A stretch of DNA of 64,000 bases from Chloroflexota bacterium (GTDB lineage: Bacteria; Chloroflexota; UBA11872; VXNJ01). This document shows, piece by piece, positions 63,012-64,000 of this stretch. The stretch spans positions 640,001 to 704,000 of the forward strand of contig OZ253449.1 in the NCBI GenBank assembly GCA_965261345.1, written 5' to 3'. A program made the position numbers and the translations under genes. The notes under the pieces are model-generated. The model saw only the letters and a list, made by a program, of their open reading frames with translations, ran no database searches and had not been told where the DNA came from. How positions within the stretch are numbered: position 1 is the stretch's first letter; each line of letters begins with the position of its first letter.

Positions 63012-64000
63012 CCGGCGCCGACGCGATCGTCGAAATCCTGCGCCGCGAGGGCGTTGATACCGCGTTCTGCTTTCCCATGACCAATATCCAGGAAGCTATG
63101 GCGCGCGCCGGCCTGCGGGTGGTGATGGCCCGCCAGGAAAGGGTCGCCGGCAATATGGCCGACGGCATGTCGCGGGCGACCGTGGGCGGGAAGATCGGAG
63201 TGTTTGCGGTCCAGCAATCGGCCGGATCGGAGAACGCCTTTTCACCGGTTGCCCACGCCCGCACCGACAACTCGGCAATGCTTTACCTGCCCGGCCACCC
63301 GGGCCTGGATGCCATAGACGTGACCCCCACGTTCGACAGCATGAACAATTTTTCGGGAACCCTAAAGTTCGGCACCAAGCTTTACGCCCCCCACCAGATT
63401 GAGACCAAGTTGCGTCATGCATTCGTGCAGTTGCGCTCCGGTCGACCCGGACCGGTGATGGTCGAAATCCTCGGCGAAGCGGCGAAGAGCGATTTCTCGG
63501 GAACGATCGACTACCGCCCGATTGCACCGATCCGGATGGCCCCCGACATCGGGGCGGTCACCGCTGCCGCCGAATTGCTGCAACGGGCCGACTGCCCGCT
63601 GATCTGGGCCGGTCAGGGAGTCAAATGGGCGCGTGCCAGCTCGCAACTGGTGGAATTGGCCGAGATCTGCGGTGCCCCGGTAATGACCACCCTTATCGGA
63701 AAGGGCGCCTTTCCCGAGGACCATTCGCTGGCCGCCGGCGTGGGATCTCTATCGGCCACCGCGATGGCCGATTACTACCTCGAGCACTGCGACCTAATAC
63801 TGGCAATCGGGACAAGCCTGTCGCAGTCCTCATTCACCCCCACCATCCCGTCCGGCAAACGGATCATCCACTGCAACGTGGAGGCCTCCGAGCTGCACAA
63901 GAACTACCCCACCGAGGTGGCAGTGCAAGCCGACGCCGGTTTGTTTCTCGAGGCGCTCTCGGAGCAACTGAAGACTCTGGGGCGCGAACAATTCGCCGCT
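63008..64000 (+). CDS. Thiamine-pyrophosphate-requiring enzyme (acetolactate-synthase-like), runs off the window end; not in the ORF track
   Basis: TTG 63008 overlapping the ispH stop: MTGADAIVEILRREGV...RQERVAGNMADG.SR...GRPGPVMVEI...PLIWAGQGV...TTLIGKGAFPEDH.L...CDLILAIG. Confidence 0.88.
   Translation, partial: MTGADAIVEILRREGVDTAFCFPMTNIQEAMARAGLRVVMARQERVAGNMADGMSRATVGGKIGVFAVQQSAGSENAFSPVAHARTDNSAMLYLPGHPGLDAIDVTPTFDSMNNFSGTLKFGTKLYAPHQIETKLRHAFVQLRSGRPGPVMVEILGEAAKSDFSGTIDYRPIAPIRMAPDIGAVTAAAELLQRADCPLIWAGQGVKWARASSQLVELAEICGAPVMTTLIGKGAFPEDHSLAAGVGSLSATAMADYYLEHCDLILAIGTSLSQSSFTPTIPSGKRIIHCNVEASELHKNYPTEVAVQADAGLFLEALSEQLKTLGREQFAA

Overview
GC-rich bacterial chromosomal segment, most likely Chloroflexota (inferred from a Chlor_Arch_YYY/TIGR03663-like membrane-protein pair, an LLM monooxygenase, and rRNA/protein signatures). 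Core genes are a complete F1Fo atp operon followed by murA and mreB, plus hisC, hppA, uppP, the coaX-coaBC-recJ-relA cluster, rpsF-ssb-rpsR, obgE, apt, thyX and ispH. RNA genes are 23S and 5S rRNA with no linked 16S, three tRNAs (Ala-TGC, Ile-GAT, Leu-TAA) and a probable 6S-like ncRNA. Main points of interest: (1) a ~105-nt multi-branched insertion at helix 25 of 23S rRNA, the site of eukaryotic ES7; (2) an apparently dismembered rrn operon, with tRNA-Ile, tRNA-Ala, 23S and 5S still colinear but separated by kb-scale cargo and a serine-recombinase remnant; (3) a full-length Mre11/Rad50 (SbcD/SbcC)-like pair whose nuclease metal ligands are all replaced and whose ATPase motifs are partly degenerate, next to a 4-TM membrane gene; (4) recurrent short tandem duplications, insertions and frameshifts (znuA, sbcD, ssb, rpsR and others); (5) a likely CTG start for recJ and an unlisted 44-aa membrane ORF. 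No CRISPR array or intact transposase was seen. All calls come from manual motif reading, without database searches.
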